Made by a program: the position numbers and the translations under genes. Source: Candidatus Pelagibacterales bacterium (GTDB taxonomy: Bacteria; Pseudomonadota; Alphaproteobacteria; Pelagibacterales; Pelagibacteraceae). From it: DNA of 64,000 nt. Shown one piece after another: positions 21,627 through 31,271 of the stretch. The notes under the pieces are model-generated. The model was not told the DNA's origin. It saw only the letters and a list, made by a program, of their open reading frames with translations, and made no database searches. The first letter of the stretch is position 1. Each line of letters starts with the position of its first letter. The stretch is taken from assembly GCA_965244655.1 (NCBI GenBank), contig OZ251737.1:480460-544459 (forward strand), written 5' to 3'.

Positions 21627-22592
21627 ATGAATAAGTTAACAATTATAGGATCTGGCTTTTCGGCAGGAGTTTTTAGCAGAAGCATTAATGGCAAAGACAT
21701 TATAATTTTTGATAAAAGCAGAGGTCCTGGGGGGAGATCTTCTACACGAAGAGCAGAAAATATAGGAGCTTTTGATCATGGGCTCCAATTTATTAGTCCA
21801 AAAGAAAAAAAATTTGAATTATTTTTAAATAATTATTTAAATTCTTTTATAAAGCAATGGGATGGCGATCACATTTGCTTTGAAGAAAGTAGAAAAATAG
21901 AAGGAAAAAAATACATTGGAAAATCTGGTAATAATGATTTTGTAAAAAATTTAATTAATACGAAAGTTTATTATCAAAAAGAATTAATTAGCATAAAAAA
22001 AATAAAAGATTTTTGGCTTCTTGATTTTAAAGACGGAACTAAGAATGAATGCGAAAAATTAGTCTTAACTATTCCTTTGGAACAGTGCAAAAAACTCACA
22101 GAAACTGAGCAATTAGATTTAAAGTTTGAGGGCGTAATGGAGCCAAATTTAACAACAATGGTAGCTTTTGATAAAAATTTAAAAATTTCAGGCAGTGGTT
22201 TTAAATTCAAAAACAACTCTGTTTTGGGTTGGGTTGCCAATGAAAGCTCAAAGTTAAGAGAGGTAAATAATCCTAATTTAGAATTGTGGACTTTGCAAAG
22301 CAGTTTAATTTTTGCCCAAAAAAATATTCAAGAATATAGATTAAAAAAAGAACAGATTATGGATTTAATGATTAATGAATTTATGAATATTTTTAATATT
22401 AAAAATATCAATATTGTTCATAAAGATATTCATGGTTGGCTATATGCTTATAAATTAGAAAAATTTGAGAATGATTTTTTCTGGGACCAAGAAATAAATT
22501 TAGGTATTTGTGGAGATTGGATGTGTGGGTCAACAGCTGAAAGTGCGTGGCGTAGTGCGACAGGATTGGCAGATCAAATTAATAAATCATAA
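21627..22592 (+). CDS. FAD-dependent oxidoreductase (renalase-like)
   Basis: IIGSGFSA, FDKSRGPGGRSSTRR, FDHGLQF, HGWLYA, CGDW motifs. Confidence 0.85.
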   Translation: MNKLTIIGSGFSAGVFSRSINGKDIIIFDKSRGPGGRSSTRRAENIGAFDHGLQFISPKEKKFELFLNNYLNSFIKQWDGDHICFEESRKIEGKKYIGKSGNNDFVKNLINTKVYYQKELISIKKIKDFWLLDFKDGTKNECEKLVLTIPLEQCKKLTETEQLDLKFEGVMEPNLTTMVAFDKNLKISGSGFKFKNNSVLGWVANESSKLREVNNPNLELWTLQSSLIFAQKNIQEYRLKKEQIMDLMINEFMNIFNIKNINIVHKDIHGWLYAYKLEKFENDFFWDQEINLGICGDWMCGSTAESAWRSATGLADQINKS

Positions 22593-23695
22593 AATTTTTT
22601 AATTAAGAGCAAAGCTCTTTGATCAATGCCCATAGTAGGGTTTATTTCTTTTGTTACGTAAGATATGCCAAGTCCATTAATAGGATCGGCAAAACCTAAT
22701 GAACCACCCCAACCATTATGTCCAAAAGAATCTCTGTGTTTTCCAAACATCCAGCCACCTCTTAAAATAAACCCAAGATTAGTCCATCTAATGGGAAAAT
22801 TTAAACTTAAATCAATTGAGGACTTAGTTTCTTCTAGTCCTTTTTGTAAAATATTTTGTTGAACAATATTATTGCTATTATCTTTTAAATCGTTTGCCAA
22901 ATAATCGTAAATTGATGCAATAGCATCGGAATTTCCATGCCCTCCCATAGATGGAACTTCAGATTTTCTCCATTCTGTTGTGTTATAAAATTCAATATCG
23001 TGCCCTGGGTTATTAAAAGCATTAAAACTATCATCAATTTTTTTATTCTGTTCATTTTCAAACACTCCAACAGATAAATTAGCAACGTTAGGAATTAGTG
23101 ATTGATCTAAACCAAAATAAAAATTTAAATTATATTTCTTTGTAATAGTTTTTTTTAAAAATTGACCGGTCGTTAAATTTGTAATTATTTGAATTAGATT
23201 TCCAATTAAATACCCGTGAGTTTTAGCATGGTAATAAGTTGCTTCCCCAGCTTTATGGTCAGGCTCTTGATTTTCTAAAATTGTAATAATTTTATTCCAA
23301 TCTAATAAATCCTCATTCGCTAATTTTGTTTTAAACCGATACATACCAGATTGATGAGATAAAATATGTTTAACTAAAATAGAGGATTTGTCAGTTGCTT
23401 TGAATGCTGGCCAATAATAGGAAACTGGTTTTTCTAAATCTAATAAATCATCATTAATAAGCTTTGCTATACACGTTTCATACAATCCTTTGCTTGCTGA
23501 AAAGGTGTTAACTATTGTGTTTTCGTCCCAAGGATCTTTTCGCGAGTTTTTAGTGCCTCCGTATAAACTTATAATTTTTTGTTTATTTTGAATTATGGAA
23601 AATGCAGCACCAGTTTCTTTATTAGTTTTAAAAAAATCCTCAAAAATTTCTTTAATAGCTAAAAATTCTTCCTTACAATAGCCTTTAACCAGCAT
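22574..23695 (-). CDS. serine hydrolase, beta-lactamase class C / family VIII esterase-like
   Basis: FSASKG (SxxK), ILSHQSG, YYHA, FGHNGWGGSLGFADP. Confidence 0.88.
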   Translation of the reverse strand: MLVKGYCKEEFLAIKEIFEDFFKTNKETGAAFSIIQNKQKIISLYGGTKNSRKDPWDENTIVNTFSASKGLYETCIAKLINDDLLDLEKPVSYYWPAFKATDKSSILVKHILSHQSGMYRFKTKLANEDLLDWNKIITILENQEPDHKAGEATYYHAKTHGYLIGNLIQIITNLTTGQFLKKTITKKYNLNFYFGLDQSLIPNVANLSVGVFENEQNKKIDDSFNAFNNPGHDIEFYNTTEWRKSEVPSMGGHGNSDAIASIYDYLANDLKDNSNNIVQQNILQKGLEETKSSIDLSLNFPIRWTNLGFILRGGWMFGKHRDSFGHNGWGGSLGFADPINGLGISYVTKEINPTMGIDQRALLLIKKFYDLLI

Positions 23696-25252
23696 TTAGA
23701 CTGCTAGTTTCATAGCAAAATTTCTACCTAGACTTATTTTTAAATCTTGGCAAAACTTTGCAGCTTCTGCACCATCAATAATTCTATGATCATAAGATAA
23801 AGAAATAGGCATCATAAGCCTTGGCTCGAACTTTCCTTCAATAAATATTTGTTTCATTTCAGATTTTCCAATTCCTATTATTGCCACTTCAGGAGCATTT
23901 ATAATTGGAGTAAAAAAGCTACCTCCAATTCCACCTAGACTTGATATTGTCATGGATCCACCAAAAAATTCTTTTTTGTCAATTTTTAGCTCTTTACATA
24001 GTTTGCTTATTTTTCTTATTTCCAAACTTAATTCTGATAAATTTTTTTTATCTACATTTCTGATTTTGGGTACCATTAGTCCATGAGGGGTATCAACTGC
24101 AATTCCTATATGAAAATATTTTTTAAAAATTATTTTATCATTATCAATAGAGCTATTAAAATTAGGAAATTTTTTCATACCGTTAACTAATGCCTTAATC
24201 ATAAAGGCCAACGGTGTTATTGAAATTATTTCTCTGGTATTTAAATCCAAGAGGTTTTTTCTAAAACTTTCCATCTCAGTTACATCCAATTCATCGTGCT
24301 GGGTTACATGTGGAATAGATGTCCAGGCTTTCACCAAATGTGGTCCTGATAATCTTTTAATTCTTGGTATATTTTGAATATCGATTTCACCAAATTCACT
24401 ATGCTCATATGGTAATGGTTCAGATGTGGTAGTTTTGGGCTCTGAATTTTGAATTTGTATCGTTGCTTTATTTTTGTTTAAATTTTGATTTACATACTTT
24501 TTTATATCCTCTTCTAAGACTCTTCCTTTTCTTCCCGATCCTTCTACTTCATTTATTGAAACTCCAAGTTCTCTTGCAAATTTCATAACTTTAGGACTTG
24601 AGCCAGAAATATCAGAATTGTTTGAGGATAATAAAGAACTTGCATTTTGATTTTCTTCCACTTTAGAAATTACTTGTTTTATGGGTTGCTCAGAAATTTT
24701 TTTACCTATTTCAACTTTGCAAATTTCTTGTTGCGTAGACACTTCTTCTTTTTTTTTAACTAAAATTTTATAAATAATTCCAGCGACAGGTGAAGGAATG
24801 TCTATACTTGAATTGTCATCTTCCAATGTAATGATTGGCTGTTCTATCGATACTGCATCACCTTCTTTCACCAAAATATCCGTAACAATTAGTTTTCCAG
24901 AAAAATCGATACTAGGAATAATCAGACTTTTTAGTTCTTTCGGTTCTGACTTCTCACTATCTGAATTGGTTGTTACTGACTTGGAGGGTATTTCTTGTAC
25001 TTTACTTTTTTCAGAGGAAGATTCCTCTAATGATGCAACAAGACTACCCTCTGATACTTTATCTCCAATTTTAATATGAATTTTTTCTACCTTCCCAGAT
25101 AGACTGGAAGGAACTTCTACACTTGATTTGTCACTTTCAAGAGTAATGACAGCATCTCCTTTTTTAATTTCCTGACCTTCTTTTATTAAAATTTCAATTA
25201 TTTCAACATTTTTAAAGTCACCAATATTTGGTACTAAAATATCTTTAGCCAT
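23696..25252 (-). CDS. aceF: pyruvate dehydrogenase E2, dihydrolipoamide acetyltransferase
   Basis: lipoyl domain LESDKSS, second lipoyl-like domain, E3-binding GSGRKGRV, catalytic SYDHRIIDGA. Confidence 0.95.
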   Translation of the reverse strand: MAKDILVPNIGDFKNVEIIEILIKEGQEIKKGDAVITLESDKSSVEVPSSLSGKVEKIHIKIGDKVSEGSLVASLEESSSEKSKVQEIPSKSVTTNSDSEKSEPKELKSLIIPSIDFSGKLIVTDILVKEGDAVSIEQPIITLEDDNSSIDIPSPVAGIIYKILVKKKEEVSTQQEICKVEIGKKISEQPIKQVISKVEENQNASSLLSSNNSDISGSSPKVMKFARELGVSINEVEGSGRKGRVLEEDIKKYVNQNLNKNKATIQIQNSEPKTTTSEPLPYEHSEFGEIDIQNIPRIKRLSGPHLVKAWTSIPHVTQHDELDVTEMESFRKNLLDLNTREIISITPLAFMIKALVNGMKKFPNFNSSIDNDKIIFKKYFHIGIAVDTPHGLMVPKIRNVDKKNLSELSLEIRKISKLCKELKIDKKEFFGGSMTISSLGGIGGSFFTPIINAPEVAIIGIGKSEMKQIFIEGKFEPRLMMPISLSYDHRIIDGAEAAKFCQDLKISLGRNFAMKLAV

Positions 25253-28200
25253 TATAACTTGGTAGGGATTGGTTTCGTTTGATCTATATTATATTTTTCA
25301 AAAGCTTTTTGGGCAACTTTTGAAGCAATTTTTTGTTCTTTTGATAAAATACTCAAAGTATTTGCTACAATATATTCCTTACTCACCTCAAAAAATTCTC
25401 TAAGTTTTTTTCTCGTATCGCTTCTACCGTAACCATCTGTTCCAAAAGTATAATAATTTTCTTTAACATATGGTCTTATCTGGTCTGAATGAATACGCAT
25501 ATAATCAGTGGCAGCAATGATTGGACCTGATCTTCCTTCAAGGCATTTTTCAATATATGTTTGTTCTCTATTTTCGGTTGGGTTAAGTAAATTTTTTCGT
25601 TCAACTTCCATGGCATTTTTTTGAAGTTCATTAAAACTTGTGACGCTCCAAACATCTGAATCAATACCGTATTCATTACTTAAAATTTCAGCAGCTTGAA
25701 GAACTTCATTTAATATAGTCCCGGATCCCATTAACTGAACTTTTGCTTTTCCTCCGTTATCAAATTCTTTAAGTAAATACATTCCTTTCAAAATATCTTC
25801 TTTTTTTACATGCTTGGGTAATTCAGGATGTAAGTAATTCTCGTTCATTGTAGTTATGTAATAAAAAATATTTTCTTGTTTTTCATGCATTCTTTTTAGA
25901 CCATCTTCAAAAATGATAGCTAGTTCATAGGCATAAGTAGGATCATACGACACACAATTTGGTACCATGGAGGCCATGATTAAACTGTGTCCGTCTTGAT
26001 GTTGCAATCCTTCACCTGCCAAAGTAGTTCTTCCCGCTGTAGCACCTATCAAAAAACCTCTGGCTTGAGAATCACCAGCTGCCCAAATTAGATCCATGAC
26101 TCTTTGAAAGCCAAACATAGAATAGAAAATGTAGATAGGTAACATTTCGATTTCATGGTTTGCATAAGAAGTTCCAGCCGCAATGAATGAAGACATTGCC
26201 CCAGCTTCATTAATACCTTCTTCCAAAACTTGTCCCTCTTTATCTTCTCGATAAGAGCTTATTTGCTCAGAATCTACGGGCTCATATTTTTGTCCCTCAT
26301 GAGCGTAAATCCCAATCTTTTGGAAAAATCCTTCCATTCCAAATGTTCGTGCTTCATCCGGTATAATAGGAACTAGTCGTGATGCAGTTAATTTATCTCT
26401 GAGCATTTTAGTCAAAATAGTTACAAGTGCCATTGTAGTTGAAATTTGTCTTTCACCAGATGACTGGTAAGAAGACTCAAATGCAGAACTGTCAATTTTT
26501 ACTGGAGTAGCCTTAGAAGATCTAGAAGGAATAAATCCTCCTAGTTTTTTTCTTCTTTCAAGCAAATATTGAATTTCATCTGATTTTTCATCTGGTCTAT
26601 AAAATTCTAAATTTTCTACCTGTTTATCTGTAAGAGGGATTTCAAATCTATCTCTAAAGTAGAACATATCATTCACATCTAATTTTTTTTGTTGGTGAGT
26701 AGTATTGATGCTTTCACCAGATTTGCCCATTCCATAACCTTTAATTGACTTAGTAACAATAACGGTAGGTTGGTTTTTATGTTTAATTGCTGCATCATAG
26801 GCTGCGTATACTTTGTTTGGATCGTGACCACCTCTATTTAATCTCCAAATATCAGAGTCAGACATGTTAGATACTAGTTTTAATAGTTCAGGATATTTTC
26901 CAAAAAATTTTTCTCTAACATAAGCGCCACCCTTAGCTTTCATGGCTTGATATTCTCCATCCACAACTTCATTCATTCTTTTCATTAAAAGACCAGTTTT
27001 GTCTGCTTTTAGTAAAGGATCCCAATATGAGCCCCAAATAACTTTAATTACATTCCAGCCAGCACCTCTAAACGTCCCCTCTAATTCTTGAATAATTTTT
27101 CCATTTCCTCTTACCGGACCATCCAATCTTTGAAGATTGCAATTAATTACAAAAATTAAATTATCTAGCTTTTCTCTAGACGCTAATCCAATTGCTCCAA
27201 GTGTTTCAGGCTCATCTGTTTCGCCGTCACCAATAAAACACCAAATTTTTCTATCTTGATCTGGAATCAATCCTCTGTTTTGCAAATATTTCATAAATCT
27301 TGCTTGGTAAATTGCCATGATAGGCCCAAGCCCCATAGAGACAGTTGGGAACTGCCAATAGTTTGGCATTAGCCATGGATGAGGATAAGAAGAAAGTCCT
27401 CCACCTTTAACTTCTTGTCGGAAACCCATTAGTTGCTCTTTTGATATTCGTCCCTCTAAAAAAGATCGCGCGTACATTCCGGGAGCAGAATGTCCTTGAT
27501 AAAATACCATGTCTCCTAAAAAATTATCAGTTTTGGCTCTCCAAAAATGATTGCAACCAACATCATACAAAGTAGCTGCGGACGCAAAAGTTGCAATATG
27601 ACCGCCTAATTCAGATGAAACTTTGTTTGCTTTTACAACCATTGCTGCAGCATTCCATCTAATTAATGAGCGTATTTTTCTTTCAAGTTCTTGGTTTCCA
27701 GGAGATTTTGCTTCAAGCTCTGTTGGTATAGTGTTGATGTAAGGTGTGGTTTGGGTAAATGGAATATTAGAGCCGGCAATGTAAGCTTCGTCAATTAATT
27801 GACTAAGTAAATAATGCGCTCTTTCGGCCCCATCTCTTTTTACAACATTGCTCAAAGATTCTATCCATTCACTTGTTTCTTCAGGATCAATATCTTTGAT
27901 GTTAGGGATGCCGCTGTAAATATTTTTGCTTTTAAATTCAATTTTTGGACCAGCATTTGCTGATTTATTTTTTAATAAAGTTTCTTCCGCATCTTTAATA
28001 ATTCTCTCTGTTTCCGGTAAAATTTTTTCTTTTATTTGTTCTGGTTTTTTAGATTCTGTAATTCCCTCAGCGTCCATTAAACCGATCAAACTTCCTTCTG
28101 AAATCCTATCGCCAACTTTAACTTTTAATTCTGTTACTGTTCCAGAAAATGGAGAGGGTATTTCGACGCTAGACTTATCACTTTCAAGAGTAATAATTGG

Positions 28201-28299
28201 ATCGTTTTTATTTATTTTGTCCCCCTCTTTTACAAGTATTTCTATAATCTCAACATTTTTGAAATCACCAATGTCTGGGACTTTAATTTCTGCACTCAT
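25252..28299 (-). CDS. aceE: pyruvate dehydrogenase E1 (homodimeric AceE type) with N-terminal lipoyl domain
   Basis: GGHIATFAS, QGHSAPG, GDGETDEPE, NCNLQRLDGPV, GEGLQHQDG; aa 1-76 lipoyl fold with LESDKSS. Confidence 0.96.
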   Translation of the reverse strand: MSAEIKVPDIGDFKNVEIIEILVKEGDKINKNDPIITLESDKSSVEIPSPFSGTVTELKVKVGDRISEGSLIGLMDAEGITESKKPEQIKEKILPETERIIKDAEETLLKNKSANAGPKIEFKSKNIYSGIPNIKDIDPEETSEWIESLSNVVKRDGAERAHYLLSQLIDEAYIAGSNIPFTQTTPYINTIPTELEAKSPGNQELERKIRSLIRWNAAAMVVKANKVSSELGGHIATFASAATLYDVGCNHFWRAKTDNFLGDMVFYQGHSAPGMYARSFLEGRISKEQLMGFRQEVKGGGLSSYPHPWLMPNYWQFPTVSMGLGPIMAIYQARFMKYLQNRGLIPDQDRKIWCFIGDGETDEPETLGAIGLASREKLDNLIFVINCNLQRLDGPVRGNGKIIQELEGTFRGAGWNVIKVIWGSYWDPLLKADKTGLLMKRMNEVVDGEYQAMKAKGGAYVREKFFGKYPELLKLVSNMSDSDIWRLNRGGHDPNKVYAAYDAAIKHKNQPTVIVTKSIKGYGMGKSGESINTTHQQKKLDVNDMFYFRDRFEIPLTDKQVENLEFYRPDEKSDEIQYLLERRKKLGGFIPSRSSKATPVKIDSSAFESSYQSSGERQISTTMALVTILTKMLRDKLTASRLVPIIPDEARTFGMEGFFQKIGIYAHEGQKYEPVDSEQISSYREDKEGQVLEEGINEAGAMSSFIAAGTSYANHEIEMLPIYIFYSMFGFQRVMDLIWAAGDSQARGFLIGATAGRTTLAGEGLQHQDGHSLIMASMVPNCVSYDPTYAYELAIIFEDGLKRMHEKQENIFYYITTMNENYLHPELPKHVKKEDILKGMYLLKEFDNGGKAKVQLMGSGTILNEVLQAAEILSNEYGIDSDVWSVTSFNELQKNAMEVERKNLLNPTENREQTYIEKCLEGRSGPIIAATDYMRIHSDQIRPYVKENYYTFGTDGYGRSDTRKKLREFFEVSKEYIVANTLSILSKEQKIASKVAQKAFEKYNIDQTKPIPTKL

Positions 28300-28412
28300 A
28301 GAATTCTGCGATACTTATTGAATTTTATTTCTTATGTAAATTTAAAATAATCTAACAAATTAGGTTGGATTTGAACATTAATTAAACTAAAACTCTATTA
28401 AAATCACAGTTT

Positions 28413-29855
28413 ATGTATAAAAATTTTGGACAATTTATTGATGGAAAATGGAGCCCATCGACGGATGGAGGAACATACGAAGTAATTAATCCCTCAAACG
28501 AAGAAATTTTAGGGCATGCGTCTAAAGCTACCTCAGCAGACGTAGAAAGAGCCCTACAATCTGCAAAAAAAGGATTAGAAATTTGGAGAAAAACTTCACC
28601 ATGGGAAAGATCTGCTAAAATAAGAAAAATAGCAGATTTAATTCGAGAAAAAAAAGATGTTATTGCAAAATGGATTTCGCTAGAAGTTGGTAAGCCATTT
28701 ACACAAGCCCAAACAGAAGCAATAGGATCCGCAGAAATTTTTGAATGGAATTCTGAAGAAACAAAAAGAATTTATGGTCAGATTATAGAAAGTAGATTTG
28801 CAAATACAAGGATGCATGTCAAATACGAACCAGTAGGAGTTGTTGCAGCATTAAGTCCTTGGAATTTTCCAACTATATTGGCGGCAAGAAAAATTTCAAC
28901 AGCCTTAGCTGCAGGTTGCTCAGTTATATGTAAGCCTGACATGGTCACACCAGGATCTGTTATGGAGTTAGTGAATATTGTAAATGAAGCGGGTATTCCT
29001 CCAGGGGTGGTTAATTTATTATCTGGAGATCCAGCTTCCATAGCATCCCAATTGATTTCCTCAGATATTATTAAAAAAATTTCTATTACTGGATCTACAA
29101 GAGTAGGAAAGTTAATTTTAAAACAAGCTGCTGACAAAGTGCAAAGAGTAACCATGGAACTTAGTGGGCACGCTCCTTTCATTGTTCATGATGATGCAAA
29201 TATTCAAAAAGCAACTGATATGGCGATTGCGGCTAAATACAGAAATACTGGCCAAGTATGTATATCTCCAAGTAGATTTTATATTCATGAAAGTAAAAAG
29301 AAAGAATTCACCAAATTATTTGTTGAAAAAACATTGAAATTAAAAATGGGACATGGGATTGAAAAAGATACAGATTTAGGTCCTATAACAACTAAGAAAA
29401 GGTTAGGGGAAATTGAAGAACTAGTCGAAATAACCAAGAAAGAGGGAGCGGTTATTTTATGCGGAGGCAAGAGACCTGCTAATTTTAACAAAGGTTATTT
29501 TTATGAAGCAACTGTATTTGATAATGTAAAAGATGATTTTAAAATAATGACAACAGAACCCTTTGGTCCATTATCACCAATTCTTTCTTTTAAACATTTT
29601 GATGAAGTTATTGAGCGTGCCAATAATCATGATGCAGGATTAGCCGCTTATGTTGCAACGAGTTCTATGGAAAAAGCACAATTAACCTCGGATGCATTAG
29701 AAACTGGTTTGGTAGCGATCAACACTCCTGTTGTGGCAACCGCAGAAGCCCCCTTCGGAGGAATTAAACAGAGCGGATATGGTAGAGAAGGTGGATCAGA
29801 GGCTATTAAAGATTATCTAAATACAAAATATACACATCTAGGCATTTCTGGTTAA
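28413..29855 (+). CDS. NAD(P)-dependent aldehyde dehydrogenase, succinate-semialdehyde dehydrogenase-like
   Basis: SPWNFP, ITGSTRVG, MELSGHAP, GQVCISP, EPFGP, PFGGIKQSGYGREGG. Confidence 0.88.
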   Translation: MYKNFGQFIDGKWSPSTDGGTYEVINPSNEEILGHASKATSADVERALQSAKKGLEIWRKTSPWERSAKIRKIADLIREKKDVIAKWISLEVGKPFTQAQTEAIGSAEIFEWNSEETKRIYGQIIESRFANTRMHVKYEPVGVVAALSPWNFPTILAARKISTALAAGCSVICKPDMVTPGSVMELVNIVNEAGIPPGVVNLLSGDPASIASQLISSDIIKKISITGSTRVGKLILKQAADKVQRVTMELSGHAPFIVHDDANIQKATDMAIAAKYRNTGQVCISPSRFYIHESKKKEFTKLFVEKTLKLKMGHGIEKDTDLGPITTKKRLGEIEELVEITKKEGAVILCGGKRPANFNKGYFYEATVFDNVKDDFKIMTTEPFGPLSPILSFKHFDEVIERANNHDAGLAAYVATSSMEKAQLTSDALETGLVAINTPVVATAEAPFGGIKQSGYGREGGSEAIKDYLNTKYTHLGISG

Positions 29856-29856
29856 G

Positions 29857-30741
29857 ATGCAAAATCAAAAAATAAGTCTGTCATTTATTGGAACAGGTTT
29901 GATGGGTTTACCTATGGTAAAAAATTTATCCAAAGGAAACTATAAAATAAATGTTTTTAATAGAACTTTGTCAAAAATGGATGATCTTAAATCGATAAGT
30001 AATATTGTAATTTGCAACTCATTAGATCTAGCCATTAAAAATTCAACAGTGGTTATTACAATGTTGCCAGATGATGATGCTGTAGAAAAAGTTATTAAAG
30101 AAATTGTCGATAAGAATTTATTAGAAAAAAAAAGTATTTTTATAGATATGAGTTCAACAAAATACGATAGTGCAAAAAAATTTTATAATAGCTTAAAAAA
30201 AATAAATGTAGATTTCGTGGATTCGCCAGTTTCCGGAGGTCCAGAAGGAGCAAAATCTGCAAGCCTTGCTATAATGGCAGGAGGAGATGAAAATATATTT
30301 AATCAAATAAAAGAAATATTAAAAACAATGGGAAATCCTACATTGGTTGGTCCTGCTGGAAGCGGACAGGTAGCTAAATTATGTAATCAAATAATTGTTG
30401 GAATTACTATAGGCGCTGTGGCAGAAGCAATTATTTTGTGTGAAAAAGTTGGAGCAAACCCTGAAAATTTTATTAAAGCGGTAGCCGGAGGATTTGCAGA
30501 CAGTAAGGTTTTGCAAAACCATGGTACAAGAATGGCAAAAAAAGATTTTGCTCCGAGAGGCAAAACCATCACCCACTTAAAGGACATGAATAATATTTTA
30601 GAGTGTGCGGAAAATGTAGCAACAAAACTTCCAATTTCAAAATTAATTCAAAACATGTTTCAAAGTCTAGTTGACAGAGGTTTTGGCAACGATGATCACA
30701 GCGCTATCTACAAAGAAATATTAGAACGAAATATAAAGTAG
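29857..30741 (+). CDS. beta-hydroxyacid dehydrogenase (2-hydroxy-3-oxopropionate reductase / 3-hydroxyisobutyrate dehydrogenase family)
   Basis: FIGTGLMG, IDMSS, DSPVSGGPEGA, GSGQVAKLCNQ, KD motif. Confidence 0.88.
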   Translation: MQNQKISLSFIGTGLMGLPMVKNLSKGNYKINVFNRTLSKMDDLKSISNIVICNSLDLAIKNSTVVITMLPDDDAVEKVIKEIVDKNLLEKKSIFIDMSSTKYDSAKKFYNSLKKINVDFVDSPVSGGPEGAKSASLAIMAGGDENIFNQIKEILKTMGNPTLVGPAGSGQVAKLCNQIIVGITIGAVAEAIILCEKVGANPENFIKAVAGGFADSKVLQNHGTRMAKKDFAPRGKTITHLKDMNNILECAENVATKLPISKLIQNMFQSLVDRGFGNDDHSAIYKEILERNIK

Positions 30742-30744
30742 ATT

Positions 30745-30820
30745 TGGTGCCCACAACCAGAATCGAACTGATGACCCCGTCCTTACCATGGACGTGCTCT
30801 ACCTCCTGAGCTATGTGGGC
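30745..30820 (-). tRNA. tRNA-Thr (GGT)
   Basis: reverse complement GCCCACATAGCTCAGGAGGTAGAGCACGTCCATGGTAAGGACGGGGTCATCAGTTCGATTCTGGTTGTGGGCACCA; anticodon arm CGTCC-ATGGTAA-GGACG. Confidence 0.96.
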
Positions 30821-30937
30821 TTCTTTGTGACTTTTTAAATTTATCTCAGGTTTTTACAACTTTTTTTATCTTCGGCTGCCTGAAATAAGTCTGTTTTAGA
30901 GCAAACAACTATCATTTTTGTATTGCATTTTTTATTT

Positions 30938-31153
30938 ATGAAAAAAATATTAAATATTTTTGTTATGATTATTTTAGTAACCGTAACAAATTGTACGACC
31001 CATACAGTCAAATTAGGAAAAAAATGTACAACAGTTGCTGAAAACAACACATATGAAAAATCTTATGTTTGGATTGTTAAAAAAGAAACAGTTTCTGCTT
31101 TTGACCAAAAAATAAACGAAGATAACTGTTCCAAAATCGAGGGAAAAATATAA
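30938..31153 (+). CDS. small putative lipoprotein
   Basis: MKKILNIFVMIILVTVTNC signal peptide with lipobox-like Cys; two further Cys; ATG at 30938 preferred over TTG 30923. Confidence 0.7.
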   Translation: MKKILNIFVMIILVTVTNCTTHTVKLGKKCTTVAENNTYEKSYVWIVKKETVSAFDQKINEDNCSKIEGKI

Positions 31154-31186
31154 TTTTTTTTCTATATTTGGTTGAAATTGGAATTC

Positions 31187-31250
31187 TTGACAAAAATGTC
31201 TTATATCTATTTAAAGCATAAGATACTTGAGCCAAGCTTAAGTATTTTTA
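31187..31250 (+). promoter_or_regulatory. csp promoter (-35 TTGACA) and 13-bp leader hairpin
   Basis: TTGACA at 31187; AAGATACTTGAGC-CAA-GCTTAAGTATTTT stem-loop at 31220-31248. Confidence 0.5.
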
Positions 31251-31271
31251 ATTAAATAATAGAGAGTAACA

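Noticed and set aside
28349-28371. Imperfect dyad AATCTAAC-N7-GTTGGATT in the aceE/aldehyde dehydrogenase divergent spacer
   Set aside because: Short, imperfect and AT-rich, with no second copy found; cannot be told apart from chance.
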